A stretch of DNA of 64,000 bases from assembly GCA_038087875.1 (NCBI GenBank), contig CM075987.1, forward strand, positions 23,996,001-24,060,000. The letters run 5' to 3'. Position numbers and translations under genes: made by a program. The DNA comes from Malacoraja senta (taxonomy: Eukaryota). The notes under the pieces were generated by a model. That model searched no databases. It was not told where the DNA came from and saw nothing but the letters and a program-made list of their open reading frames with translations. How positions within the stretch are numbered: the first letter of the stretch is position 1; the number at the start of each line of letters is the position of its first letter. Positions 27,385-39,018 of this stretch are shown here, piece by piece.

Positions 27385-27581
27385 GCAGCGTTCTATGGTT
27401 TATATTTTGGTAAAGGGACATGTTATGGTGAGCATCCCAGAGAGGATGAAAAGAACAGTTTTAATAATAACATTAAAAAGGGAAAAGGATAAATATTGTA
27501 ATGGGTAAGATTTGCAGAATAATGTGACAGCAAAGGCACCATGGGACAAATGACCCCCTTGAAGTTGTGTCCCCTCTGTGT

Positions 27582-27845
27582 TTTGCCTTACAGCGCCAAA
27601 GACCCAGGTTCAATCCTGACTACGGATGCTGTCTGCATGAAGTTCGTACGATCTTCCCGTGTCCTGCATGGGTTTTCTCCAGGTGCTCCGGTTTCCTCCC
27701 ACACTCCAAAGACATACAGGTGTGTAATCTTGGTAAAATTGTAAATTGTCCCTAGTGTGTGTAAGATAGTGTTAGTGTGTGGGGATCGCTAGTCGGCGTG
27801 GAATCGGTGTGGGCTGAAGGGCCTGGTTCCACGCTGTATTTCTAA
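27582..27845 (+). mobile_element. HE1-like SINE, tail interrupted by a MITE
   Basis: Family sequence. Confidence 0.8.
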
Positions 27846-28161
27846 TAGCCCTGTCCCACGGTACGATCTCCCGAGTTAAAAAAAAATCAAACTCGTGGTA
27901 ACCACGGAGAATGAACGTAGCAGGTACGTCGGAGCTCGGGGACGTCTCTTAGCGGTTCGTAACGCTAACGGCAGGTACTCGGGAAGACTCGCTAACGGCA
28001 GGTAAGCACGGGAAGACTCGTGAAGATTTTTCAACATGTTGAAAAATGTCCACGAGAGCCCCGAGTACCGACGAGTGGCCATTACCGTAAATCTCCGAGT
28101 TCGAATCAGGGCAAACTCGGGGAGAACTCTTTGAATGAACTCGTACCGTGGGACAGGGGCT
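27846..28161. mobile_element. MITE family C
   Basis: TAGCCCTGTCCCACGGTACG...CGTACCGTGGGACAGGGGCT; flanks TAA/TTA; homologous to the copies at 30103 and 44779. Confidence 0.9.
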
Positions 28162-28907
28162 TTAGCTAAACAAAAAACGAAAGTTCTGTGGATAGTTTCT
28201 CTGTCCGAGCCTTCTTGTTCATCTGGTTGCAAGATTATGTTGGACAATGTCGAGGTGCATAAATAAAACCACAATGACGTTTAAAGCAACAAACCTGTCT
28301 GTCTGACCTATTCCAGAAGGATTTGTTCATTGTTAACCACATGTGTAAAATATTTGGACGCCCAAGCATACTTAAATCTGCTTGGCACTTGAAATACTCG
28401 TAAAGTAAACAAGGTGAGCTAAAAGATTTATTGCTGAAAACCTACAGGATTATTTTGGCTGAGTTTATTCTTCTAATGGTTTGTTGGGCACACTCTTCTG
28501 AGGATTAATGTGCGTCCTTCTGTTCTCTGGCTTCCAGCAAAACAACAACTTTTATTTTTCTGTCACAATTGGTATAACTTCTGTGCTATATCCCCGTGTA
28601 TAGATGTGAATGTGTTATGCATGTGTGGCATCATTATGTAATTGCATATATCAAATAAGCACACTAGCTTCTGTTACTTTGCAAGAAGCAGCAAAGCCAT
28701 AGAATCAAAAAGCACGGTAACGGGTCCTTTGGCCCAACTCGACCACGCTGACCCAAGGTGACCCATCTAAGATAGTCCCAATTGCCCAATATTGGCCCGT
28801 TTCCTTCTAAATCTTTCCTGTCCCTGTGCCCTGTCTAAGGGTATTAGGATATTTTCTGAAGAGCTCCTCCGTCTCCATGAGTTATTTAGAGCATTTCTCA
28901 TTGTACT

Positions 28908-29045
28908 CTTCTTCTTGTGTATGGCGTGCACAGCCTAAAGTTGTAGGACAACTTGTTCTATTTGATCTAATTGGATTGTGCACGCCAGGTTGATTGCATT
29001 CGTCGAAACAGGGCGGACCACGTGAAGGTTGCAATCTCCCACCCC
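28908..29045 (-). mobile_element. 138-nt non-autonomous retroelement: HDV-like ribozyme head, stem-loop and (GAA)n tail (family 1)
   Basis: Near-identical copy at 49768-50108; imperfect TSD TCTCATTGTACT/TCTCATCGTAGT. Confidence 0.8.
28992..29045 (-). ncRNA. Predicted minimal HDV/CPEB3-like self-cleaving ribozyme (P4-less)
   Basis: GGGGUGG(P1) GA GAUUGCA(P2) ACC(P3) UUCACGU(L3) GGU(P3') CCGCCCU(P1') GU UUCGA CGAA(J4/2) UGCAAUC(P2'). Confidence 0.8.
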
Positions 29046-29295
29046 ATCTCATCGTAGTATTCACACCATCTCTGAATACATCACAACTGGTGATGAGTAT
29101 ATTGGTAAGTAAAAAGGCAATGTGCGGTGCTAATTCTAGCTCTGAGCCTCAACAAGTGAAGCCAAAGGGATCTTGAAGCTATAAACTTGGATGAGCCAGG
29201 GGCTTGAGAGGAGAGGGTTGGACTGGCAAAATGTGTCAGTATGCAGCCAGCAATGCTCAGTTATATTGCAGGATAATTGGATACGGTGCAGAGAG

Positions 29296-29650
29296 GTGGC
29301 AGAGTGGGACTGCGGTGGAGTTGCTGCCTTACAGCACCAGAGATCTGGGTTCGGACCTGACTACGGGGTGCTGTCTGTACAAAGTTTGTACATTATCCCC
29401 GTGACCGCGTGGGTTCTCTACGGGTGCTCCGGTTTCCTCCCACGCTCCAAAAACGTGTTGGTTTGTACGTAGGTTAATTGGCTTCTGTAAAATTGTCCCT
29501 AGAGTGTAGGATAGAACTAGTGTACAGGGATTGCAGGTCGGCATGGACTCAGTGGGCCGAAGGGCCTGTTTCCATGCTGTAACTCTAAACTTAACGAATC
29601 AAATCTAGACTAAAACTAAATTCAACGAAACTAAACTAAACTAAACTAGA
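29296..29650 (+). mobile_element. HE1-like SINE
   Basis: Family sequence with long (CTAAA)n tail. Confidence 0.85.
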
Positions 29651-30102
29651 CTTAAAGGTCTTCAACTTCACTGTTTATGTGGGAAATGGGATGAAATTGA
29701 TGATTCAAATGTAGACATGATATATAGGCACCCTTGGAGTGTACAATCACAGGCCACATGGAGAGGAAGGAAGATATGGGAAATTGCAGAAGCCGGAATC
29801 TTGAACAAAACACAAAGTGCTGGAGGAACTCAATGGGTCAAGCAGCATCTGTGGAGGGAATGGACTGACACCATTTCAGGTCGGCACCTTCTAGAGACTC
29901 AGTCCGAAGAAGGTTCCTGATCCAAAAAGCCGTCCGTCCATTCCATCCACAGATGCGGCCTGACCCTCTGAGACCTCCAGTAATTTGTGCTTTGTTGGGG
30001 AGGAAGGAAATACTGTTCAAGAAAAAACAAGAAGATGATGGAATGCTTGTGACAGCAGCAGAAATATCGGCAAGCGAGAATGGCAGACGGCTATTTGACT
30101 AA

Positions 30103-30412
30103 TGGGGCTGTCCCACTGTACGAGCTAATTCACGAGTTCTCCCGAGTTTCCCCTAAATCTAACTCGGAGAATTACCGTAATAGCCGCTTGTAGGTACTTG
30201 GGGCTCTCGTGGACATTTTTCAAACATGTTGAAAAATCTTCACGAGTCTTCCCGGGTTTCCCGAGTACCTGCCGTTAGCGTTACGAGCCGCTAAGAGACG
30301 TCCCCGAGCTCCGACGTACCCGCTACGTACATTCTACATACTTACCACGAGTTTGATTTTTTTTTAAACTCGTGAGACCTCTTGGGTGAACTCGGAAAGT
30401 GGGACAGGCCCA
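30103..30412. mobile_element. MITE family C (opposite orientation)
   Basis: TGGGGCTGTCCCAC...GTGGGACAGGCCCA; direct TSD TAA/TAA. Confidence 0.9.
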
Positions 30413-31101
30413 TAACAGAGATTGACTCCAAGATCTGATGCGTGTTTATTTATCTGGTAAGTCACTAAAAGTAAAATAAAAGTTATGCTAATGGAGACGC
30501 CGCAGAAATTTGCAAATTATTTCAATTCACAGCTCATTGAAATAGCAGAAAATTGCAATTTTGTCACAAGAAACCAGACAGCGGTGGGGAACAGTGAGTG
30601 ACTATCTTATTACCTTCAGGTATTTATCGTGGCATTATAACTTGGGTAAATTCTTAAATGGTGTAATTGTGGATAGATTTAGGTGCAGCTTAAGTGATGA
30701 ACAGATTTGGCCCTAGATATTAAATGTACAATGACATGCATTTAAACTTCTTGGAAAATTGGAAACTCAAGGGAAATGGCATCAAAAAACGTCAAGCAAA
30801 TTTGCACAACACTAAGAACAAATCTGACGGTAATTTATAGCCGGCAGGCGGTAATAGATCCATTTCCCCCAGCAAGTTTTGTATTATGTGAGTGCAGATG
30901 GCGTGAATCCATGCTGTTGGTACAATGGCATCCATTCACCATGTACTTCTTCATTTAAGGCAGTAATATGCTCCACATGTCAGAGGTAAGGACATGTAGC
31001 AATGATGTGGAATGAGAGCATGCAATGAGTACACGATGGAAGATTTTCAAACAAGGAAACACGGAAATTGAATTTTTATAACACTGAAAATTAGCTACAG
31101 T

Positions 31102-31392
31102 TGGCGGCACGATGGTATAGCAGTAGAGTTATTGCCTTACAGCACCGGAGACCCCGGTTCGATCCTGACTATGGGTTCTGGCTGTACAGAGTTTCTACGT
31201 TCTCCCCGTGACCCGCGTAGGTTTTCTCCAAGGCCTTAGGTTTTCCAATCACACTCCAAAGACGTACAGGTTTGTAGGTTGATTGGCTTGGTATAAATGT
31301 AAATTGTCCCTAGTGTGTAGGATAGTGTTAATGTGCGGGGATCGCTGTTCGGCGTGGACCGAAGAGCCTGTTTCCGCGCTGAATCTCGAAAC
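31102..31392 (+). mobile_element. HE1-like SINE
   Basis: Family sequence. Confidence 0.85.
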
Positions 31393-31521
31393 ACAACGAC
31401 AGACAGGGTAGAACTAGATATTTATAACATTTATCAAGTCCAAATGGAAGAAAGAAACAAGTTTAAAGGCGCATTGCAAATCAACAAACCATCAACAAAA
31501 ATTTAACTCTGAATCTTTAAC

Positions 31522-31553
31522 GTCTGAAGAAGGGTCTCGACCCGAAACGTCAC
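31522..31553 (+). ncRNA. Minimal type-I hammerhead-like motif of the Penelope-derived repeat (representative copy)
   Basis: GU CUGAAGA A GGGUC-UC-GACCC GAAA C GUC AC; similar copies at 1670, 36621, 37267, 50224 and 51721 (+), and 61770-61804 (-). Confidence 0.6.
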
Positions 31554-31813
31554 CCATTCCTTCTCTCCAGAGATGCTGCCTGTCCCGCTGAGTCACTCCA
31601 GCATTTTGTGTCTCCCTTCAACAAAAAATTAACAACTTGCTCCATAATAGGTAGCAACCTCTGTGGCAGCAATTTCAGACATTTTCTTTTTACTTAGAGA
31701 CAGTCTTGAGAAAGTCTTAAGATTTGGACTCAAGAATTCTGTAAGACTTCAAAGTCTAGGTTGATGTAGCAAGGACTCTCTAGCTTTATCTATCTTCTGT
31801 TTTCCCGTTCTTT

Positions 31814-32003
31814 GGAAGGAACTGCAGATGCTGGTTCAACGGAAGATAGACACAAAACGTTGGAGTAACTCAGCGGGTCAGACAGCATCTCTGGAGAAAA
31901 GGAATAAATATGAAGAAGGGTCTCGACCCGAAACACCACCTATTCCTTTTCTCCAGAGATGCTGTCTGACCCGCTGAGTTACTCCAGCTTTTTATGTCTA
32001 TCG
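31814..32003. mobile_element. Penelope-derived fold-back repeat
   Basis: Inverted arms GATAGACACAAAA...GGAATA / TATTCC...TGTCTATC. Confidence 0.75.
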
Positions 32004-32536
32004 TCTGTTTTCCCATGGTGGGTTGACTTAACTGAATGGATTGCTCAACCGCTGCAGTGATGGCAATCATGCTCATGGCTGCATCAAGAGTCAAGATGGG
32101 AGCAGCACATCAGGTCTGCAAACACAGCATCCAATAAACAGACACAAAAAAAAAAAATCAATAAATATAATCAATATCAGTGCAAAACAAAACAAAAGCT
32201 CAAGGTCCCTAGAGCAACGAAAATAGTTCAACTTCTCCTCTCACCGTATAGCTATGTCCTCTAGTGTTGCGCATTTCCACCCTGGGGAAAAAGGTTCTGA
32301 TTGTCTACCCTATCTATGCCTCTCGAATCATATTTGTCGTATATTGTTATCATACTACTTTCTAAAGTCACATTGCCAGTACTGTTCATCGAGAAGCACC
32401 TATTAATCTTCTCCTTCCACCGACAACTTCCCAAACATCATCAGTCTTACCCTTCAACCTTTCCACCACAACCTCACTTCTCGCTCCCAATATTACTCTG
32501 GTTAGAATACGTTAATTTATTAGATGTTCATTCACA

Positions 32537-32865
32537 GTTCCCGATGTTGGGGGAGCCAGAACCAGGGGTCACAGTTTGAGAATAAGGTGTAGGCCATTTA
32601 GGACTTAGATGAGGAAAAGCTTTTTCACCCAGAGACTTGTGAATCTGTGGAATTCTCTGCCACAGAAGGCATTGGAGGGTAATTCCCTGGATGTTTTCAA
32701 GAGAGAGTTAGATATAGGGCTTAAAGCTAACAGAATTAGGGGATATGGGAAAAAGCAGGTACTGGGTACTGATTCTGGATGATCAGCCATGATCATATTG
32801 AATATGAAGGGCTTGAAGGGCCGAATGGCCTACTCCTGCATCTATTTTCTATGTTTATATGTTTC
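32537..32865 (+). mobile_element. CR1 LINE 3' fragment
   Basis: FPMLGE...NLWNSLPQKA plus a 3' UTR with (TTTCTATG)-type tail. Confidence 0.85.
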
Positions 32866-32904
32866 ACAGGATTGTAACGGAATATAAGCAGGTTTTTTAA
32901 TGGA

Positions 32905-33215
32905 CATTATTGACATTTATTCTCCATCCTTTATTGCCTTTGAACTGAAGAGGTCTGAGCAGCCAACTGTCCTGGAGGGTTTGGAGGCACATAAGCCAGA
33001 GCAGGTAAACATGGCAGATTTTATCCCTGAAACATTAATGAACCTGATGTTTTTTTAACAACAATCCAGTGGTTTCCTGATGAATGTTTCATTAATTCCA
33101 GGTTTGTGTCATTAATTAAATGTAAATTCCCAGCTGCCATGGTGGGACTCGAACTCATATCTCGTGATCAATGGTCCAGAACTCTGGCTGCTGTTCTGGT
33201 AAATTAACCATTCCA
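32905..33215 (-). mobile_element. Older, distinct tRNA-derived SINE
   Basis: B-box GAGTTCGAGTCCCACCATGGCAGC on the minus strand; body resembles a shark SINE recalled from memory (TTCATTAATG...AAATCTGCCATG). Confidence 0.55.
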
Positions 33216-33314
33216 CTGCTGTAGACAGCACCCGAACCTTCCTCTCTCGTCGATTCTAAGATCAAATATCAACCACTCCCTAAGTGTTACAAGAGTTACA
33301 ATGGTTCTTTATTG

Positions 33315-33618
33315 TCACTGTGGCGCAGCGGTAGAGTTGCTGCCTTCCAGTGCTTACGGCGCCGGAGACATGGGTTCGATCCCGACTACAGGTGCTGTCT
33401 GTACAGAGTTTGTAGGTTCTCCCAATGACTGCGCGGGTTTTCTCCGAGATCTTCGGTTTCCTCGCACACTCCAAAGACGCACAGGTTTGCAGGTTAATTG
33501 GCTTGAATCAATGTAAATTGTCCTTAGTGTGTGTAGGATAGTGTTAATGTGCGGGGATCGCTGGTCGGTTTCAGGCCAGTTACCGCGCTGTATCTCTAAG
33601 CTAACCGAAAACTAAAAA
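33315..33618 (+). mobile_element. HE1-like SINE
   Basis: Family sequence. Confidence 0.85.
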
Positions 33619-33679
33619 TATGTGCTGTGCAGTGAAATTCTTGCACCCATCGTCAATATTTTGGCGCCAAAGAGTGTGT

Positions 33680-33752
33680 CACCCAACGTAGGGCTCGAAC
33701 CCACGACCCTGAGATTAAGAATCTCAAGCTCTACCGACTGAGCTAGCCAGGC
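33680..33752 (-). tRNA. tRNA-Lys(CTT)-like gene, probably a pseudogene
   Basis: 73 nt GCCTGGCTAGCTCAGTCGGTAGAGCTTGAGATTCTTAATCTCAGGGTCGTGGGTTCGAGCCCTACGTTGGGTG; cloverleaf forms; five changes versus the recalled vertebrate consensus (four are C>T); no T4+ terminator immediately 3'. Confidence 0.85.
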
Positions 33753-33779
33753 TTCAGCTAAACTTAAGGTTTTTTTTGT

Positions 33780-34088
33780 TTTAGAGATACAGCGCTGAAA
33801 CAGGCCCTTCGGCCCACCAGGTCCGCGCCGACCAGCGATCCCCGCACATTATCGCTATCCTACACACACTAGGGACAATTTTTACATTTTTCTGAGCCAA
33901 TGAATCTACAAACCTGTACGTCTTTGGGGTGTGGGAGGAAACAGAAGATCTCAGAGAAAACCCACGCGGTCATGGGGAGAACGTGCAAACTCCGTACAAA
34001 CAGCACCCATAGTCAGGATCGAACCCGGGTCTCCGGTGCTGCATTCGCTGTAAGGCAGCAACTCTACCGCTGCGCCACCGTGCCACCT
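33780..34088 (-). mobile_element. HE1-like SINE, full length
   Basis: Family sequence. Confidence 0.9.
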
Positions 34089-34096
34089 TAAGGTTA

Positions 34097-34475
34097 TAGA
34101 AACATAGAAAATAGGTGCAGGAGTAGGCCATTCGACCCTTCGAGCCAGCACCGCCAATTAATATGATCATGCTGATCATCTAAAATCAGTACCCCGTTCC
34201 TGCTTTTTCACCATATCCCTTGATTCCATTAGCCCTAAGAGCTATATCTAACTCATTCTTGAAAACATCCAGTGACTCCACTGCCTTCTATGGCAGAGAA
34301 TTCCACAGATTCACGACTCTCTGGGTGAAAGTTTTTCCTCATCTCAGTCCTAAATGGCCTACCCCTTATTCTTAAACTGTGACCCCTGGTTCTGGACTCT
34401 CCCAACATCGGGAACATTTTCCTGCATCTAGCCTGTCCAATCCTTTAATGAGATTTATATGTTTCTATAAGATCT
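34097..34475 (-). mobile_element. CR1 LINE 3' fragment
   Basis: Homologous to the CR1 copies at 13708-15020. Confidence 0.85.
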
Positions 34476-34874
34476 ATTATACCTTCTATTAATCACATCT
34501 TGATTGTGAATCACCTTTTATCTTCTGTGTTGAGATGGAATGAAAGTCCAGCCAATGCAACCCGTCAACATCATTTAAACATTTTAACAGGAGCATCGGG
34601 CCATTTAATGAGGCTTTTTATTGTGCCAGTTTGGTGAGTAAGTGTTACCCAGCCTCATTTTAGTTCAGGTTACAGATGAACAAATCTTTAAAATAAATCA
34701 CTCAAGACAATAAAAACAATGAATTAACTTAATTAGTTTAAAAAAATGTAAATAATCGGGGTATTTTATCAATGTTTAATAATTAACTCATAATATTTGT
34801 AATATTTGTGCATGGACCTAATTTCTACTCCTAAAAGTTTGTGTATGAAGTTATGAATCTCATGAGAACATCAA

Positions 34875-35192
34875 GGGCGACGCGGTGGCGCAGTGGTAGA
34901 GCTACTGCCTTACAGCGCCAGAGACCCGGGTTCGATCCTGACTACGGATGCTGTCTGTACAGAGTTTGTACGTTCTCCCCGCGACTTGCGTGGGTTTTCT
35001 CCGAGATCTTCGGTTTCCTCCCACACTCCAAAGACGTATAGGTTTGTCGGTTAATTGGCTTGGTATAATTGTACATTGTTCCTAGTGTGTGTAGGATAGT
35101 GTTAGTGTGTACGGTGATCGCTGGTCGGAGTGGACTCGGTGGGCCGATGGGCCTGTTTCCACGCTGTATCTCTCAACTAAACTAAACTAAAC
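34875..35192 (+). mobile_element. HE1-like SINE, full length
   Basis: Family sequence with (CTAAA)n tail. Confidence 0.9.
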
Positions 35193-35219
35193 TACACAAG
35201 AGGAAGAGGCTTTGGTTTA

Positions 35220-35550
35220 AGATCGGCCGACTTGGGGTTGTTGAATATGCCGCGGTCTAGGCATAAGCTCAGGGGCGACCGCGCCTTTGCGGTGGCAGCT
35301 CCTAGACTGTGGAACAGCATCCCCCTTCCCATCAGAACTGCCTCCTCCATCGACTCCTTTATGTCAAGACTAAAAACTTATCTATACTCCCAAGCCTTTC
35401 TTGACGTCCTCTGAGCGAGGCTTTATGTATATATGTATGTAGTTTGTTTGTTTATATTATTCTTATAACAAATGTAAAGCACTTTGGCCAACGAGAGTTG
35501 TTTTTTTAAATGTGCTATATAAATAAATGTGACTTGACTTGACTTGACTA
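35220..35550 (+). mobile_element. L2-clade LINE 3' fragment
   Basis: GDRAFAVAAPRLWNSIP...FMSRLKTYLY; tail AATAAATG(TGACT)n. Confidence 0.85.
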
Positions 35551-36261
35551 AGAAATGACTGAAGAATGATACATGGAAATGTTTAGATGTGGGGCCTAGT
35601 TCAGGCATCTTTATTCTGGATGCAAGAGGCCAGGGTTGGGACAAATAAAACGCCTGCTACTGCAGGTCCAAGGTTGTGGTGATAGGAATTTTGGGAGCAA
35701 ATGTTAACATGGAGAGTGACAGTGTCATGAGGCGGCTGAGAAAGCCATGTGTGCAGGATAGTGTTAGTGTGCCGGGATCGCTGGTCAGCATGGACTCAGT
35801 GGGTCGAAGGGCCCGTTTCCGCACTGTATGTCAAAACTAAACTAAGCGAAACTAAATTAAACTAAACCCCGCAAGTATCCCGTTCATCCTTACTCCACCT
35901 CACTGTTCGCATTGCAATTCCCATCCCCTTCTGCAATCCAATATTATCGTTACCCTGAGCCCCGCCATTCCGTCACCATCCATCTGCCCATCTACCAATG
36001 CCAAGCCACTCTACTCTCATACCACCCTTAACCTGGCTTCTGAGCTGAGCACAGGGCAGACTGTTTGTGATGTTAAAAATGTGAAATGGCTGATCTATTG
36101 TGGCCAAGGCCTTGGCACTTGGATCTTGGGAGTCATTGAGTTGGGAGTTGGATCCAAGATGGCCCCCAAGCCGGGCGACTCTTTGTGTGCTGGTCACAGA
36201 AGTGGATCTGCAATCACGCATTACAATCCCTCCACTCTTTTAAATCTGTACTCCTACAACA

Positions 36262-36575
36262 AGTGGATGTGGAGAGGATGTTTCCACTGGTGGGAGAGTC
36301 TAGGACCAGAGGTCATCGCCTCAGAATTAAAGGGCGCTCTTTTAGAAAGGAGGTGAGGAGGAACTCCTTTAGTCAGAAGGTGGTTAATCTGTGGAACACA
36401 TTGGCACAGAGGGTTGTGGAGGCCAAGTCAGTGGATATTTTTAAGGCAGAGATTAGAACGGGTGTCAAGGGTTATGGGGAGAAGACAGGAAAATGGGATT
36501 AGGAGGCAGAGATCAACCAATGGCGGAATAGACTCGATGGACCGAATGGCCTAATTCTACTCCTAAACCCTGTGA
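36262..36575 (+). mobile_element. CR1 LINE 3' fragment
   Basis: VDVERMFPLVGESRTRGH...NLWN. Confidence 0.85.
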
Positions 36576-36898
36576 ACAAATCTGTACACTGTGAATGGCT
36601 CCATTGAAAACATGTGTTGTCTGAAGAAGGGTCTCGACTCGAAACGTCACCCATTCCTTTTCTCCAGAGATGCTGTCTGCCTGAGTTACTCCAGCTTTTT
36701 GTGTCTATCTTCGGTTTAAACCAGCATCTGCAGTTCCTTCCAACACATTGTCTTTCCACTGACCGGTTAGCACACAACCAAAGCTTTTCACTGTACCTCG
36801 GTGCACATGATGATAAACTAAACTAAACTGAAGTCGGCAGAAGGAGGGGGAGACAAGATAGCAATGGGACTTTTAATGGACCAGCCATGCTGGTTGGA

Positions 36899-37063
36899 TA
36901 ATCCACCAGTCAGTCATGCTTTGTCAAACTCATTGGCAATAACTCTTTTGTCCGTCCTCTGTGATGTAACAATCCAACTGGCCCGATGAATAATCCACTT
37001 AGTTACATTATGAATCCACTTAGAAACAGTAATCCATCATGATAAGAAAAAGCACTATTTAAA
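36899..37063 (+). promoter_or_regulatory. Candidate proximal promoter: three TAATCC, a GATA site and TATA-like TATTTAAA
   Basis: TAATCC at 36899, 36991 and 37030; TGATAAGA near 37040; TATTTAAA at 37056-37063, 66 nt upstream of the ATG at 37122. Confidence 0.4.
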
Positions 37064-37121
37064 TTGTAATTAAATGCTTAGTGTTAAAACATCAGCGGGA
37101 AAACAGAAAGACAATGTCAGT

Positions 37122-37161
37122 ATGACAACACTAATCTTGTTAGCCTTTGTGCTGGCTTCTG
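37122..37161 (+). CDS. Candidate exon 1 (signal peptide MTTLILLAFVLAS) of an uncharacterised secreted protein
   Basis: ATG, hydrophobic stretch, strong donor CTG|GTAAGT in phase 1, non-repetitive sequence. Confidence 0.65.
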
Positions 37162-37260
37162 GTAAGTAACCTGTTGATTCCGAGAAGTCTCACTTTACTT
37201 GTCCGAACTGTCCAAACATTGTGGAGTTCTTATATATTTGCTATCTTCAATTGTAGTTTG

Positions 37261-37690
37261 TTCAGTCTGAAGAAGGGTCTGGACCCGAAACGTCACCCAT
37301 TCCTTCTCTCCAGAGATGCTGCCTGCACCGCTGAGTTACATAGACATAGACATAGAAAATAGGTGCAGGAGTAGGCCATTCGGCCCTTCGAGCCTGCACG
37401 GCCATTCAATATGATCATGGCTGATCATCCAAACTCAGTGTCCTGTACCTGCCTTCTCTCCATACCCCCTGATCCCTTTAGCCACAAGGGCCACATCTAA
37501 CTCCCTCTTAAATATAGCCAATGAACTGGCCTCAACTACCTTCTGTGGCAGAGAATTCCACAGATTCACCACTCTCAGTGTAAAAAAATGATTTTCTCAT
37601 CTCTAAATGATTTTCTCATCTCAAGCATTTACTCCAGCATTTTGTGTCTATCTTCGGTTTAAACCAGCATCTGCAGTGCCTTCCTACGCA
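37261..37690 (+). mobile_element. Penelope-derived repeat interrupted by a minus-strand CR1 3' fragment (~37340-37628)
   Basis: GCTGAGTTAC|...|TTACTCCAGC is split. Confidence 0.8.
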
Positions 37691-37692
37691 TG

Positions 37693-37990
37693 TAGTTTAG
37701 TTTAGTTTGGTGCAGAGATACAGCGTAGAAACGGGCCCTTCGGCCCACCTGGTCCGCACCAACCAACGATCCCCACACACTAACGCTATCCCACACACTA
37801 GGAATAATTTACATTTATAGGTCGCGAATTAACCTACAAACCTTGTACGTCTTTGGAGTGTGGGAGGAAACCGAAGATCTCTGAGAAAACTCACGCAGGT
37901 CACGGGGAGAACGTACAAACTCCGTACGGATGGCGCCCGTAGTCACGATCGAACCCGGGTCTCTGGCGCTGTAAGGAAGCCACCGCGCTG
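37693..37990 (-). mobile_element. HE1-like SINE
   Basis: Family sequence. Confidence 0.85.
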
Positions 37991-38800
37991 TACTTAGCAT
38001 TTCTTTTATTCTTAGCAAAATCGAGCAAGGTTTATCATTGAATAATCTGCTGACACACGTGAAGAAGGGTCCCAACCCAAAACGTCGCCTACTCATTCCC
38101 TCCTAAGATATTGTCTGACCCGGCTGAATTACTCCAGCACTTTGTGTTTTGCTCAAGATTCCAACACATGCAGTTCAAAGAACATAGGTCATATAACAAT
38201 ACCGGAATGGCCCTTCTGCCCGCTATGTTGGTGCTAAACATGATGCCAAGTTAAACTGATCTCATCTGCCTGTACATGATCCGTATCCCTCTATTCCCAG
38301 CACTTCCATGTGCCATCTAAAAGCCTATTAAAACACCACTGTCATATCTGCCTCCACCGCCACCATAGTAATGCCTACCTCTTTGTGTAAGAAAAAATAC
38401 TTGCCCCGTACATATACATTAAACTTTCCCCCATTCACCTTATAAATAAATCTTCTAGTGTCAGACATTTTCACCTTGGGGGAAAAAAGGTTCCGAGTCT
38501 ATCTATTCCTCTCATAATTTTATTTACTTCTATGAATATTCTCCTCAACCTCCAACGTTCCAGAGAAAACAATCCAAGTTCATCCAACCTCTCCTCGTAG
38601 CTGAAACCCTCTAATCCAGGCAGCATTCTGGTAAACATTTCCTTGTGGCTCCTGCCGACACATCTTGTTGGGACTTAACTGCAAAGATTAAGTTGGAGGG
38701 CTGCTAACCCATGGGACCAAGGCTCAAAACCTCTTTGGGTAATAAATTGAATGTAATGAACTCATCATATTTATGTGAAAGGTGCCACATTCATTAAACT

Positions 38801-39018
38801 GTTTTACGAAAGAACTGCAAATGCTGGAAAAATCGAAAGTAGACAAAAATGCTGGAGAAACTCAGCGGGTGAGGCAGCATCTATGGAGCATCTATTCCTT
38901 CGCTCCATAGATGCTGCCTCACCCAATGATACAATTCATTTGTTGTCATTTGAACCTAAGTTCAAACGAAATTTGGTTTCTCCAGTGAAACCCGCTGAGT
39001 TTCTCCAGCATTTTGTCT
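38801..39018. mobile_element. Penelope-derived fold-back repeat with 14-bp TSD
   Basis: TSD ACATTCATTAAACT at 38787-38800 and 39019-39032. Confidence 0.8.

Noticed and set aside
33661..33700. Retroviral tRNA-Lys primer-binding site
   Set aside because: The whole 73-nt tRNA is present, the TGG complement of CCA is not adjacent, and no LTR is evident.
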